64,000 nt of DNA from an uncultured Gemmatimonadales bacterium (lineage in GTDB: Bacteria > Gemmatimonadota > Gemmatimonadetes > Gemmatimonadales > GWC2-71-9): positions 1,504,001 to 1,568,000 of the forward strand of contig CAWHFW010000005.1 in NCBI GenBank assembly GCA_963828735.1. The letters run 5' to 3'. The notes beneath the pieces are model-generated. The model had not been told where the DNA came from. It searched no databases and saw only the letters and a list, made by a program, of their open reading frames with translations. This document shows positions 40,107 to 50,298 of the stretch, one piece after another. The first letter of the stretch is position 1. The number at the start of each line of letters is the position of its first letter. Position numbers and translations under genes: made by a program.

Positions 40107-41444
40107 CTAGCCCTGTCGCCGGAGCCTTGCGAGCGTCCGCTCGTAGTCGGCGCGGCTAGCCGGCAGGAGCCGCAGTCGCCCGAAGCCGCTCTCGTCCCGG
40201 AAGAAGAGCTCCAACCGGAGGCTGATGTAGGTCCACCGAAGGATGCGGTTGGCGGTAGTGCCCGGGGTGTTCTCCACCGACTCGTCGGGCGGGCCCAGGT
40301 TCACGTAGACCTCGCCCCGATCGGTCCGCCAGCCGGGAACTCCCTCGTCGGTGAACCGCTGGTTCGCCTGCGCGATCCGGCTGAAGTATACGTTGAGCGC
40401 TTCATTCTCCGGGGTCGTGTTGTTGGGGTCGGTCGCGGCGTAGAACTCTCGCCACATGCGGGCTCGCTCGGAGGCCGGCGCCTTCCGCATGGCGTTGACT
40501 TCGTCGTCGTGGCCGAAGTACCGGAGCAGGTCGAGCATCTCGTCGAAGTTGGTCACGACCCATGCCTGCGTGAACGAGACGACGGCGGACACCGCGCGCT
40601 CCGAATTCCCTTCCCCGACGACGAGACTCAGCTCGCCCAGCGCGACGCTGTCCGGTGATAGCCGCACGACCTGGCTCTCGACCTCGTGGCCGCCACGGAA
40701 ATGAAGCTCGTTCTCGTGAACGACGTGTTGTTGCTCGTCCACGACCTTGAACGGGACGGTAGTCGGTTTGGTAAACTTGTATCCCTCCATGTAGGCGAGC
40801 AGCGTATCGCTGCCATACCCAACCGAGCCCCGCGGGTTGAGGACGAGGTTCAACGGGTCGGTCAGGTTCCCCCGCCCCGTCGCCTGGTATGCGAGGATCG
40901 GCCCGCTGGTGGTGCCGGCCGTGAAATGGGGCGCGGTGTAATTGGCCTCCGCATGACTCTCGGAGGTGGATCCGACGTCGCGCACCGTCACGCTGACCTG
41001 GTAGGAGCCCGGCAGGAGCCGCAGCACCTGCTGGAACAGGATGCTCTCGTCGGCCCGCTGGGTCTCCTGAAACGTCGGGACGCGGACGATCTCCTCGCGC
41101 GCGACATCGACCGACGGCGCTCCCTCGCGCTTGAACGAGAGGCTCACGCGATATCGCGCGACGAAGACGTTCCCCTCCCGCTGAAATGCGAGGACCCGAT
41201 TCTCCAGCGACAAGCCCAGCACGCCGATGACCGAATCCGCCGGCCCGGCGGCGAAGGCGACGTTCCCCACGAACGGCAGCGGCTGATCGGCCGCGAGCCG
41301 CCCGAGCCGCTGGTAGAATTGGGTGCTGTTGAGGACGCGCGTGAGCGTTTCCGAAGCGCTGGGCTCCCGCTCGCTACCGACGCGGGACCAACTGCCGCAG
41401 CCGAGGGTCGCGCAGAGCACGACGGGAATGACCAGCCGGCGCAT
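40107..41444 (-). CDS. GWxTD domain-containing lipoprotein
   Basis: TLGC lipobox; DPNNTTPENE...GWRTDRGEVYVNLGPP. Confidence 0.88.
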   Translation of the reverse strand: MRRLVIPVVLCATLGCGSWSRVGSEREPSASETLTRVLNSTQFYQRLGRLAADQPLPFVGNVAFAAGPADSVIGVLGLSLENRVLAFQREGNVFVARYRVSLSFKREGAPSVDVAREEIVRVPTFQETQRADESILFQQVLRLLPGSYQVSVTVRDVGSTSESHAEANYTAPHFTAGTTSGPILAYQATGRGNLTDPLNLVLNPRGSVGYGSDTLLAYMEGYKFTKPTTVPFKVVDEQQHVVHENELHFRGGHEVESQVVRLSPDSVALGELSLVVGEGNSERAVSAVVSFTQAWVVTNFDEMLDLLRYFGHDDEVNAMRKAPASERARMWREFYAATDPNNTTPENEALNVYFSRIAQANQRFTDEGVPGWRTDRGEVYVNLGPPDESVENTPGTTANRILRWTYISLRLELFFRDESGFGRLRLLPASRADYERTLARLRRQG

Positions 41445-41569
41445 CGGAGACTCCGGAAAAAGGCGGGCTCGCACGCGCTAGTGCGAGCGCAGCGGAAGGT
41501 TAAGGTCGCCTACAGAGACGCACCACGCAACTTGCTGCCGGGTCGGATTCTCGGTAGCTTGGCGGATCC

Positions 41570-42466
41570 ATGAACGCTGACAACATGGTTGGACGGACGG
41601 TGGCCGGGTACCACCTCGCGGAGTACATCGGCGAGGGTGGCACGGCTACGGTGTACCGCGCGGAGCACCCCGAGCGCGGGCGCGCCGCGGTCAAGATCCT
41701 GCGGCCGCGCCTGGCGCAGGATCCGATCGCGGTCAAGCGGTTCCTGCGAGAGGCCGAGTACGGCGCCCGGGTCCGTCATCCCAACATCGTCCAGACCTAC
41801 GACTACGGCGCCACCGACGGATTGCACTATCTCGCGCTCGAGTGGGCCCAGGGCGAGCCGCTGGCCGAATTCATCAATCGCTCGGGCAAACTGGCCCCGC
41901 CGCTCGTGGCCACGATCGTCGAGCAGTTGGGCGCGGCCCTCGCCTCCGCTCACAAGGCCGGAATCATCCATCGGGACCTCAAGCCCGCGAACATCATGTA
42001 CGATCCCGCGACGCAGACGGCCAAGCTGCTCGACTTCGGGATCGCGCGAGACGCGGAGCTCAACCCCGAGGAGCGGCTCACGCGCGCGGGGTTCTTCGTT
42101 GGCACGCTCCAGTACGTGGCGCCGGAGACGCTGAGCGGCGAGCTGGTGAACGAGCAGGCCGACGTCTACAGCTTGGCGACGATCGCCTACTACATGCTCA
42201 CGCAGGAACTCCCGTTCACCGGCAAGAGCCCTAGGGAGTTGTTCCAGCAACTACTCACACAGCCACCAGTGGCTCTCAATCAAGCTGTTAAGGGACTTCG
42301 CTTTCCGGGCCCGATCGAGGCCGCCGTCATGCGCGGCCTGGACCGCGATTTGAGTAAGCGTTCCAAGACGGTGGACGAATTCGCCGCGGACTTGTGCACG
42401 GCGGTACGGCAGGGCGGGGGAAAGCGAGGCTTCCTGTCCTCGCTGTTCGGCAAGGGCGGGGAGTGA
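41570..42466 (+). CDS. Hanks-type Ser/Thr protein kinase (kinase domain only)
   Basis: IGEGG, AVKIL, HRDLKPAN, DFG, APE, DVYSL. Confidence 0.92.
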   Translation: MNADNMVGRTVAGYHLAEYIGEGGTATVYRAEHPERGRAAVKILRPRLAQDPIAVKRFLREAEYGARVRHPNIVQTYDYGATDGLHYLALEWAQGEPLAEFINRSGKLAPPLVATIVEQLGAALASAHKAGIIHRDLKPANIMYDPATQTAKLLDFGIARDAELNPEERLTRAGFFVGTLQYVAPETLSGELVNEQADVYSLATIAYYMLTQELPFTGKSPRELFQQLLTQPPVALNQAVKGLRFPGPIEAAVMRGLDRDLSKRSKTVDEFAADLCTAVRQGGGKRGFLSSLFGKGGE

Positions 42467-43032
42467 CCGACGCAGACCAGCTTCGGCGCCTCCTGCTCGA
42501 GCGATCGGTTCGTCGTGGAGACTTCGTTCTCGCCTCGGGGCAACGCTCCTCCTACTACATAGACTGCCGCCTCACCACCATGAGCGCCGAGGGTCAGGTG
42601 CTCATCGGACGCCTCGGGCTGGCGGCCATCACAGCCGCCGGCTGGCGCCCGTGCGCGATCGGTGGCATGACGATGGGGGCAGACCCCGTCGCCTACGCGA
42701 TCGCGGCCGCGAGCTGGGGGACGCCAGCGGTCATCGACGCCTTCAGCGTGCGGAAAGAGGCGAAGGGCCATGGGATGGGGCAATTGATCGAGGGGAACTT
42801 CCGCACCGGGGACGAGGTGGTCGTCGTAGAGGACGTGATCACCTCAGGTGGGTCGGCTCGCAAGGCCATCGAGGCAGTCGAGGCCGCCGGCGGCCGGGTC
42901 TTGGGCGTCCTAGCGGTCGTGGATCGCGAGCAGGGCGGTCGAGAAGCGCTGGTGCAAGCCGGTCACAGCGTAGTATCTATTACAACCCCTACAGCACTCG
43001 GGCTTCTATCAGGAGAAGCGAAGGAGGTTTGA
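42463..43032 (+). CDS. pyrE: orotate phosphoribosyltransferase
   Basis: GDFVLASG.RS.YYID, RKEAKGHG, VVEDVITSGGS. Confidence 0.93.
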   Translation: MTDADQLRRLLLERSVRRGDFVLASGQRSSYYIDCRLTTMSAEGQVLIGRLGLAAITAAGWRPCAIGGMTMGADPVAYAIAAASWGTPAVIDAFSVRKEAKGHGMGQLIEGNFRTGDEVVVVEDVITSGGSARKAIEAVEAAGGRVLGVLAVVDREQGGREALVQAGHSVVSITTPTALGLLSGEAKEV

Positions 43033-43156
43033 GGCTGGCGGCCGGTCGCCGCCGACCCTCCTGCGAGCCCAACCGCGGAGATCTTGATCCAGGCGCGCAC
43101 GGCCCAGTCGTCGGGACACGACCGCGCCAAGTAGGCCTCAGCCCTCTCCCACCGAC

Positions 43157-45394
43157 TCAGGTCAGCTCGATCCGCACCTGCAGCGCGTCACCGTCCACAC
43201 TCAGAAGGTTCGCAAGGGTGCGCGCGCCATGCCGCCTGAACTGGAGGGCCACGCGTGAGCCGCCGATGGCAAGCCCGGATACCGTGAGCTCGCTCAGAAA
43301 ATCCGGCAGCACCGGATTACGCACATGGAGGATGCGGGCCGGCGCCTCGGCATATATCCCGAGGAGCGCCTGGAGCAGCATGAACAGCGAACCTGACGCC
43401 CACGCCTGTGGGGAGCAGCTCACTGGGTAGTTGACCGGCCGAGCCCCGCCTTGACGGGTCATGCCGCAATACAGCTCGGGCAGTCGCTGGAACTCGCCCT
43501 GCACGCCCGCCTCGTAGATCGCGCGAACGATGGGAAGCGCCGCCCGCGCGTGGCCGTGGAGCGCCATGCCCAGCACCAGGATCGCGTTGTCGTGCGGCCA
43601 GATCGAGCCGTTGTGATAGCTCATCGGGTTGAAGACTTGGTGCGCGGCACTCAGGGTACGAACTCCCCAGCCCGAAAAGAAGTCGGGCTCGAGCAGCCGT
43701 GCCGAGAGACGGCGGGCCATGTCCGGGGTCGGCACCCGGCTCCAGAGCAGGTGGCCGGCGTTGCTGGTGGACGTCGGAATCGGCCGCTTCTTGCCATCGA
43801 GCGCGAGGGCGAAGGTGCCCAGCTTGTCCATCCAGAACGCCGCCCGGATCCGGTTCCTGAGCTCGGACGCCTCGCGACGCAGGGCAGCCCCGCGCTCGGG
43901 CTGCCCCAAGTGCCGGTAGAGCTCTGCCATCCGCAGCTTGGCGTCATACACGTAGCCCTGGACTTCGACCAGCGCGATCGGCGGTTCGGGCAGCCGGCCA
44001 TCGGGGAAGGGGACTCCGTCGCCCGAATCCTTCCACCCCTGGTTGACCAGCCCCTTCGTCGAGGTCCGGGAGTATTCGACGAATCCATCGCCATCGAGGT
44101 CCCCGTATCGCGCGATCCACTCGAGCGCACGTTCGGCGTGGGGCAGCAGGTCGCGAACGAGCTCGAGATCCCCGGTCCAGCGCCAGGCCTCGTGGAGCAG
44201 GATGAGCCAGAGCGGCGTGGCGTCGATGCTGCCGTAATACGGCACGTGCGGAATCTCGCCGCTTCGGGCCATCTCGCCGCGACGGAGCTCGTGGAGGATC
44301 TTGCCGGGCTGTTCCTCGGTAAAAGCGTCTTCCCGCTGACCCTGACGGCGCGCGAGATAGCGCAGCGTGTCCACTGCGATCCTGGTCTGGAGGGGCAGGG
44401 TTTGCAGCGATGTGATGATGGAGTCCCGGCCGAACACCGTCGAGTACCAAGGGATCCCCGCCGAGATCACGGCGTCTCCATCGACCTCGACGTAGAGGGC
44501 CCGGAGGTCATCGGCGGCGCGGTGCAACAGGCCGTCGAAGGCCGGGACATCGGTCACCCACCGGCTGTTCCCGTCATGCCACGCGCGGTATGCGCGGTCG
44601 AGGTTGACCCGGCTCTCGTCCAGCGCGCGGGGGACCGTGACGACCGGATGGCCGCCGTCCTGAGCGCCTACCTCCCACTCGAGAACGACCGGACGGTCGG
44701 GCTCGAGGCGCACGTTCCACCGCGCGGTCCGATCGGTCAGTCGATCGGGATGTTGCCCGAATCGGGCCATGGTCCGGAGGAGGCGGCCGTCGCGTCCAAG
44801 GTACGCCAGCTCGAGCATGTCGGTCGAGTACCCGGGCGCGAAGTACTGCCCCCGGGCCCCGCGCTGCCAGCCACGCACCTCGAAGATGTCCGCGAAGTCG
44901 CAGCCGAGCGTGAGCTCGATCCAGTAGTCCGTGGGCGCGCCGAGAAAACCCGTGAGAGTCACCCGCTCCGCGAGTCGGTCGTCCAGGACCAGCTCCCGGC
45001 GAATATGGACGACGTTCCTCGGGTCCCAGGGATCTCCCCCGAATGCCACATTGGAGATGGCCAGGTCGATTTGCGCGCCGTACGCCCTCGGGACCTGAGC
45101 CGAGAGCAGGTCGGGAACGCCACCGTGCACCGAGAGGGCGTAGTGGCTCAGGATCCGGGTGTCGTCCTCGAAGAGTCCGAGGGAGCAGACGCCCGCCGGC
45201 GCGATGTTGCCGTGGAGATCGGCGAGCATGAACAGGCGATCGTGCTTGAGCACCAGGCTGCGCTCGGCGAGACGCTCGCTGGCACATTCGAGGGCGGGGT
45301 AGCCCACCGCTTCGACCATCGACACCGGGTGAAGCCCCCGATCAGCGATCTCGGCAACCGCCGTCGGACCTCGCTCCTGCACGCTGCGGCTCAT
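43157..45394 (-). CDS. amylo-alpha-1,6-glucosidase / glycogen debranching-like (GDE) protein
   Basis: AGIPWYSTVFGRDS, EEQPGKILHE, YYGSIDATPL, NQGWKDS, YHNGSIWPHDN. Confidence 0.9.
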   Translation of the reverse strand: MSRSVQERGPTAVAEIADRGLHPVSMVEAVGYPALECASERLAERSLVLKHDRLFMLADLHGNIAPAGVCSLGLFEDDTRILSHYALSVHGGVPDLLSAQVPRAYGAQIDLAISNVAFGGDPWDPRNVVHIRRELVLDDRLAERVTLTGFLGAPTDYWIELTLGCDFADIFEVRGWQRGARGQYFAPGYSTDMLELAYLGRDGRLLRTMARFGQHPDRLTDRTARWNVRLEPDRPVVLEWEVGAQDGGHPVVTVPRALDESRVNLDRAYRAWHDGNSRWVTDVPAFDGLLHRAADDLRALYVEVDGDAVISAGIPWYSTVFGRDSIITSLQTLPLQTRIAVDTLRYLARRQGQREDAFTEEQPGKILHELRRGEMARSGEIPHVPYYGSIDATPLWLILLHEAWRWTGDLELVRDLLPHAERALEWIARYGDLDGDGFVEYSRTSTKGLVNQGWKDSGDGVPFPDGRLPEPPIALVEVQGYVYDAKLRMAELYRHLGQPERGAALRREASELRNRIRAAFWMDKLGTFALALDGKKRPIPTSTSNAGHLLWSRVPTPDMARRLSARLLEPDFFSGWGVRTLSAAHQVFNPMSYHNGSIWPHDNAILVLGMALHGHARAALPIVRAIYEAGVQGEFQRLPELYCGMTRQGGARPVNYPVSCSPQAWASGSLFMLLQALLGIYAEAPARILHVRNPVLPDFLSELTVSGLAIGGSRVALQFRRHGARTLANLLSVDGDALQVRIELT

Positions 45395-46452
45395 GCCGCG
45401 GTGATTGGCCAGCGACCGGCGCGCGTCGTATCCGCAATGATGACCTCGTTGTAGAGACGCTCGTACTCGGCCGCCATCCGCCGGTGGTTGAACCGCGCGA
45501 CCGCCGCCGCCCGGATCGCCCGGCGGCTCAGCTGGTCCACCTCCCCACCGGGCCGGATGAACCGAACCATGTCCTCGAACGATTCGGCGATCAGGCCCGT
45601 GACTCCGTGCTCGACCACCTCGGGCACGCTGCCGCGGCCGAACGCCACGACCGGACACCCGGACAGCATGGCCTCGATGAGAATCAGGCCGAACGGCTCA
45701 TTCCATTCGATGGGGGCGAGCAGGGCGCGTGCGTCGCGGAGCAGCGGCATCTTCTGGAGGCTCCCGATGCAGCCCAGGTAGGTGACATGGCTCCGCCGCA
45801 ACCGGCTCTCCACTTCGAGGCGCCCGAACTCACAATCCCTGGGGTGCACCTCGCCCGCGACCCGGATCGGCACGCCGGCTGCCTGCGCGACATCGATTGC
45901 GGTATGCACCCCCTTCTCCTGCGCAAACCGTCCCACAAAGCACACGTACGGCCCGGGCTGATGGGTCCAACGGAAGCGGGAGGGATCGAGGCCGTGGTGA
46001 ATCACCGTCCGCCGGTTCGCCCCGCATTCCCGCCGGCACTGATCACCCGAGATCGCGACGAACGCCACCTCGGGGAATTGCTCGTAGTACGCCGATAGCT
46101 CGGGATCGTGGGTGTGGTGTAGCGTATATACCATCGGGGTGTCGGGAACGAACCGGCCGAGCGCGAGCGCGGCGGCCGAGTGCGCATGGACGACATCGAA
46201 TTTGTCCTGGGCAACCTGGTGTAGCGACCATGCGGAGTGATTGAGGTCGGCGAACCACCCAGGCGGCCACTGAGCGCTCGGGTAGAGAGAGCAGAGGGGC
46301 GCGCGGGTGCGGGAGTCTCCGGTGGCGAACAGGGTCACCTCATGACCGCGATCCAGCAACCCTTCCACCAATTCATAGACCACCAGCTCGGTCCCCCCGT
46401 AGTGGTGGGGGGGTACCGGCACGAACGGCGTCGAAACCATGGCAATGCGCAT
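45391..46452 (-). CDS. glycosyltransferase family 4
   Basis: VPPHHYGGTE, EPFGLILIEAM. Confidence 0.9.
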   Translation of the reverse strand: MRIAMVSTPFVPVPPHHYGGTELVVYELVEGLLDRGHEVTLFATGDSRTRAPLCSLYPSAQWPPGWFADLNHSAWSLHQVAQDKFDVVHAHSAAALALGRFVPDTPMVYTLHHTHDPELSAYYEQFPEVAFVAISGDQCRRECGANRRTVIHHGLDPSRFRWTHQPGPYVCFVGRFAQEKGVHTAIDVAQAAGVPIRVAGEVHPRDCEFGRLEVESRLRRSHVTYLGCIGSLQKMPLLRDARALLAPIEWNEPFGLILIEAMLSGCPVVAFGRGSVPEVVEHGVTGLIAESFEDMVRFIRPGGEVDQLSRRAIRAAAVARFNHRRMAAEYERLYNEVIIADTTRAGRWPITAA

Positions 46453-46702
46453 GCTTCCTACCCAGTCTACTGGCTGAATTTGCTCCGCCACGCCAGCGCC
46501 GGCGAGTCCCGGCACGCGGCGTTGCGCGCATGGTACAGTTACACCGTCGGACCGCGTGCGGCAACCGCGCCACCATCATTGGCATGGTGCTCCGCGTCAC
46601 GTCTCGGACCGGAGCGTGCGCCCACACCGCGAGCCTCCGTCTCCATGCTGTGCCAGCCATACCGTACGCACTCGATGATCATTCCCGGTGCCAGGAGATA
46701 CC

Positions 46703-47245
46703 ATGGTCCCGCCCCGTTGCTCCGTCCCGCGAATGATCTCCCTCCTCCTGTCGCTGATCGGCCTTCCCTGTGCGGCGCCCCTGCCGGCTCAGGCGGCGGC
46801 GGGCAAGCCCCCCACCTGCGACGCCCCGCAGCATAGGCAACTCGATTTCTGGGTCGGGAGCTGGGACGTGACGATGAAGGGGCAACCGGCGGGGACCAAC
46901 GTCGTCACCCTCGAAGAACAGGGCTGCCTGGTCCATGAGCATTGGACCGGCGCGCGGGGCGGCACAGGCCAGAGCTTCAATTTCTTCAATCGCGACGACG
47001 GGCAGTGGCACCAGGTCTGGGTCTCAAGCACCGGGAGCGTGCTGGACCTGGCTGGGCGGTACGCCGACGGCACCTTGACCTACCTGGGCCAGAACCGACA
47101 GCCTGACGGCACCACCCTGCGGCATCGACTCAGCTTCCACGCCAACCCTGACGGTACCGTACGCCAGCTCTGGGAGACGTCATCGGACAACGGGGCCACG
47201 TGGGCCACCAGCTTCGACGGCCTCTACCGCAAGCAAAAGACCTGA
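46703..47245 (+). CDS. secreted conserved hypothetical protein (beta-rich, DUF1579-like)
   Basis: AGGAG RBS, signal peptide, CDAPQHRQLDFWVGSWDV, WHQVWVSS. Confidence 0.7.
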   Translation: MVPPRCSVPRMISLLLSLIGLPCAAPLPAQAAAGKPPTCDAPQHRQLDFWVGSWDVTMKGQPAGTNVVTLEEQGCLVHEHWTGARGGTGQSFNFFNRDDGQWHQVWVSSTGSVLDLAGRYADGTLTYLGQNRQPDGTTLRHRLSFHANPDGTVRQLWETSSDNGATWATSFDGLYRKQKT

Positions 47246-47367
47246 GGCGTCCCGCCCCCCGGGGGCTGGGGCCAAATCTCGACCGTGGCCCGCCGCTGGA
47301 TCGCAGCCTACCCGGCGGCACACCTCCGCAGTACCTTCCCCTCTCCCGATCCACCTCCGCCTCAGCC

Positions 47368-50298
47368 ATGTCATCAGCCAAGCTCCGGCCGGTCCTGGCC
47401 CTTTTCCTCGCAGTGGTCACGCCGAGGATCGCGAAAGCGCAGTCACCGAGCGCGGCGTCCATCGTGCGTGCGGCTGAGCACGCCGTCCAGGACGACAGCG
47501 TTCAGGCGGTCACGGCTCGGTGGCGGGCTGCCCTGGCACGCGACAGCGCCGACCGGGCGGCAGCGCTGGGCCTCGCCACGATCGCGCGCCAGACGTACGA
47601 CTTCGGGGCCGCCGAGCGCTTGCTGAACGGCCTGCTGACGCGGAGTGGGCCCGCGAGCGACGAGTGGACGGTTCACGCTCGTCTTGGTCAATACCGCGTT
47701 GCCAACGCCACGGGCGATGTCCGCAAGGCCGACTCGCTGCTTCGGATCGCGATCGTCGAGGCGCGCCGGGTGGGCGACCGTTCCGCGGAGGTTGCAGCAC
47801 TCATCGGCTTCACGAACACACGAAGCGCAAACGCCGACGCCCTGTTTGCCACCCTGGATACTGTCTTGCCGCTCCTGCCGCCGGGGGATGGACGGGACCG
47901 CGCCGAGTATCTCTGCCGGCGCGGCCTCTACCAAGGCGTTCGAGGCGATTCGGGGGCCTCGTCGGCCGTCCTGCGGGGGATCGCGATGGCCGAGCGGACC
48001 GGGGAGCGCCAGCTCGCCGGCCACTGCCTGGAGGCGGAGGGACTACTCGAGAGCTTCCGCAATCACAACGATTCGGCCTTGGCCACCATGGATCGCGCGC
48101 TGGAACTCCTCCGGGCTACACATGAGCACGCCGGGATCGCACGACTCGAGTCGAGACGGAGCGACATCCTGCAGGCATCCGGCCGGCTCGGCGAGGCGAA
48201 GGTCGCGCTCGGAGAGGTGCTGACCCACGCCACGATCTCGAAGAATCTCCAGCGCTTGAGCAACGCCTACGGCGGCATGGGCATGCTCGCGCTCCGGGTG
48301 GGCGACCTCACGACCGCAGCCGACTACTTCGGTCGGGCAGCGGCGCTCAACGATTCGCTCGGCTTGACCGAAGCCAAGCTGATCGCGGAAGCGAATAGGG
48401 GCGAGGTACTGGCGGCCTCTGGTGATCTCGAGGATGCGCGCGCCGCGTTCGAGCGGGTGATCGCTGAGGCGACCAGAGGGGACTTCTTCGAGCGGGTGGT
48501 CCTCATGCGACAGGCGCTCGCGCGGGTCGCCATTCGCCGCGGAGATTGGGCCGAGGCAACCCGTGAGCTGGCCACCGCCGATTCGGCCGCCCGCTCGCGA
48601 GGCTTCCAGGACATGCGCGGACCGATCGCCTACGACCGCGGCCGTCTGGCGCTGGGGCAGGGCGACGCTCGCGGGGCTGCCCGCCTGTTCGAAAGTTTCC
48701 TTCGCGGGACGGACCCGGAGGACCACCTCATTCGGTACACCGTCCGGACCAGGCTCGCGCAGGCCTGGGCGGCGGCGGGCGCGCTCGAGCGTGCCGAGGG
48801 TGAGCTCGACCAGGCGAGCGGCGAGCTCGAGCGATGGCGCGCCTCCCTGGGCGCGGCCGAGCTTCGTCGCTACGCGTTCGCCGCGACGGCGCTCGGCGAG
48901 TACGACCCACAGGGACCCGCTTCCAGCGTCATCGCGGCGCTCGCGCGCGGAGGACGCGCGGAAGCGGCGTTTACCTTGGCCGAGCGACGGCGGGCGCGGA
49001 CGCTGGCCGACCGGCTCACTCAGGCGGATGCCCTGCGCGAGTCCGGCGCCGCCCCGGCGGCGCATCGCGATCGGCCGGCGACGGCGGCGGAGATCGCGAA
49101 CGCACTGCCCGAGGGAACCGCACTGGTAGAGTACGTCGCCGGCAGCGAAGGCGCCCCGACGACCGCCTTCGTCGTGACGCGGCGTAGCGTCGAGGCCCGC
49201 CTGCTGCCGACGGCCGACTCGCTCGCCCGTCCGATCGAGCGGTTCGCGGCGCTGCTCGAGAGCGGCGCAGCGGCAGACAAGCTGGCTGGAACGCTTGGGG
49301 CGACCGTCCTCGGGCCGGTGGCCCCGCTGATCCCGGCGGAGGCGACGCGGCTCATGGTCGTGCCCGACGGTCCGCTCCACCGGGTGGCCTTCGACGCGCT
49401 GGTGCTTCCCGACGGACGCCGCGCCGTCGAGCGATGGGCCGTGGGCTTGGCACCCTCGGCCGCCATCGCGACGGTGCTCCGCCAGCGCGGACGCGACGAT
49501 TCCTCCGCGCCCCGGCTGCTCGCGATGGGCGACCCCTCCTTCGCCAACGAGCGCGGAACCGGCCCGACGCGTGAGGCCGATCTCTTCCGCGGGGCTTTCG
49601 ATGCCACCGGCGGCCTGCCGCGGCTCGCCGCGAGCGGGGACGAGGCGCGCGATGTCGCGCGCTTCGCGGCGGAGTCCGAGGTACGGCTTCGCGCCGACGC
49701 GAGCGAGGCGTGGCTCAAGCGCGCATCGGTCGAACGGTACCGCGTGATCCACCTGGCCACGCATGCCCTGGTGGACGAGAGCTCGCTCGCGCGCACGTCG
49801 CTCGCCCTGGCGCCCGGGGCAGGGGAGGATGGCTTCGTGTCGCCGGCCGACATCTCCGCGCTCCGTCTCCACGCGGATCTCGTCGTGCTGTCGGCCTGCC
49901 GAACCGCCGGCGGCGTGATGGTGTCGGGCGAGGGGCTGCAAGGTCTCACCACCCCTCTGCTCGAAGCGGGAGCGCGCTCGGTGATCGCGACCCAGTGGCG
50001 GATTGGCGACCGAAGTACGGTTCAGCTGGTCCATGACCTGTACGATGGGCTGGCACGCGGCGCGCCGGTGGGCGATGCGCTCCGCGCGGCGAAGCTCGCG
50101 GCCATCCGCCGTGGCGCACCGGCGAGCGAATGGGCCGGGTTCACGGTGGTCGGGGATCCCTCGGTCGCGATCCCCCTGCGGGAGCCCCCACCGGCGTCGA
50201 GGTTGTGGATGATCCTGGGCGCGATCACGCTCGTCGGCGCTGCCTGCCTTGCCCTCCGGCGCCGCCGCGGCTCAGCCTCGTCGGCCGCCGCGCTGTGA
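47368..50298 (+). CDS. TPR-CHAT (caspase-like) protease with signal peptide and C-terminal TM anchor
   Basis: Signal-like N-terminus (AKA-Q), TPR-like helices, VPDGPLH, IHLATHA (His), VLSACRT (Cys), WAGFTVVG, then a TM helix plus RRRR. Confidence 0.88.
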   Translation: MSSAKLRPVLALFLAVVTPRIAKAQSPSAASIVRAAEHAVQDDSVQAVTARWRAALARDSADRAAALGLATIARQTYDFGAAERLLNGLLTRSGPASDEWTVHARLGQYRVANATGDVRKADSLLRIAIVEARRVGDRSAEVAALIGFTNTRSANADALFATLDTVLPLLPPGDGRDRAEYLCRRGLYQGVRGDSGASSAVLRGIAMAERTGERQLAGHCLEAEGLLESFRNHNDSALATMDRALELLRATHEHAGIARLESRRSDILQASGRLGEAKVALGEVLTHATISKNLQRLSNAYGGMGMLALRVGDLTTAADYFGRAAALNDSLGLTEAKLIAEANRGEVLAASGDLEDARAAFERVIAEATRGDFFERVVLMRQALARVAIRRGDWAEATRELATADSAARSRGFQDMRGPIAYDRGRLALGQGDARGAARLFESFLRGTDPEDHLIRYTVRTRLAQAWAAAGALERAEGELDQASGELERWRASLGAAELRRYAFAATALGEYDPQGPASSVIAALARGGRAEAAFTLAERRRARTLADRLTQADALRESGAAPAAHRDRPATAAEIANALPEGTALVEYVAGSEGAPTTAFVVTRRSVEARLLPTADSLARPIERFAALLESGAAADKLAGTLGATVLGPVAPLIPAEATRLMVVPDGPLHRVAFDALVLPDGRRAVERWAVGLAPSAAIATVLRQRGRDDSSAPRLLAMGDPSFANERGTGPTREADLFRGAFDATGGLPRLAASGDEARDVARFAAESEVRLRADASEAWLKRASVERYRVIHLATHALVDESSLARTSLALAPGAGEDGFVSPADISALRLHADLVVLSACRTAGGVMVSGEGLQGLTTPLLEAGARSVIATQWRIGDRSTVQLVHDLYDGLARGAPVGDALRAAKLAAIRRGAPASEWAGFTVVGDPSVAIPLREPPPASRLWMILGAITLVGAACLALRRRRGSASSAAAL

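Noticed and set aside
43451..45454. Long antisense ORFs (also 23025-24494, 48043-50034, 50602-52383, 61055-62761 and others)
   Set aside because: Shadow frames of well-supported genes, expected in high-GC DNA; no recognisable motifs.
46500..46600. Sigma54-like GG-N10-GC elements in the GT4/secreted-protein spacer
   Set aside because: Spacing or the TTGC element deviates from consensus; likely chance in GC-rich DNA.
47368..50298. CHAT as part of a type III-E CRISPR or other defence locus
   Set aside because: No cas genes, array, gasdermin or other defence genes in the window, and the protein appears exported.
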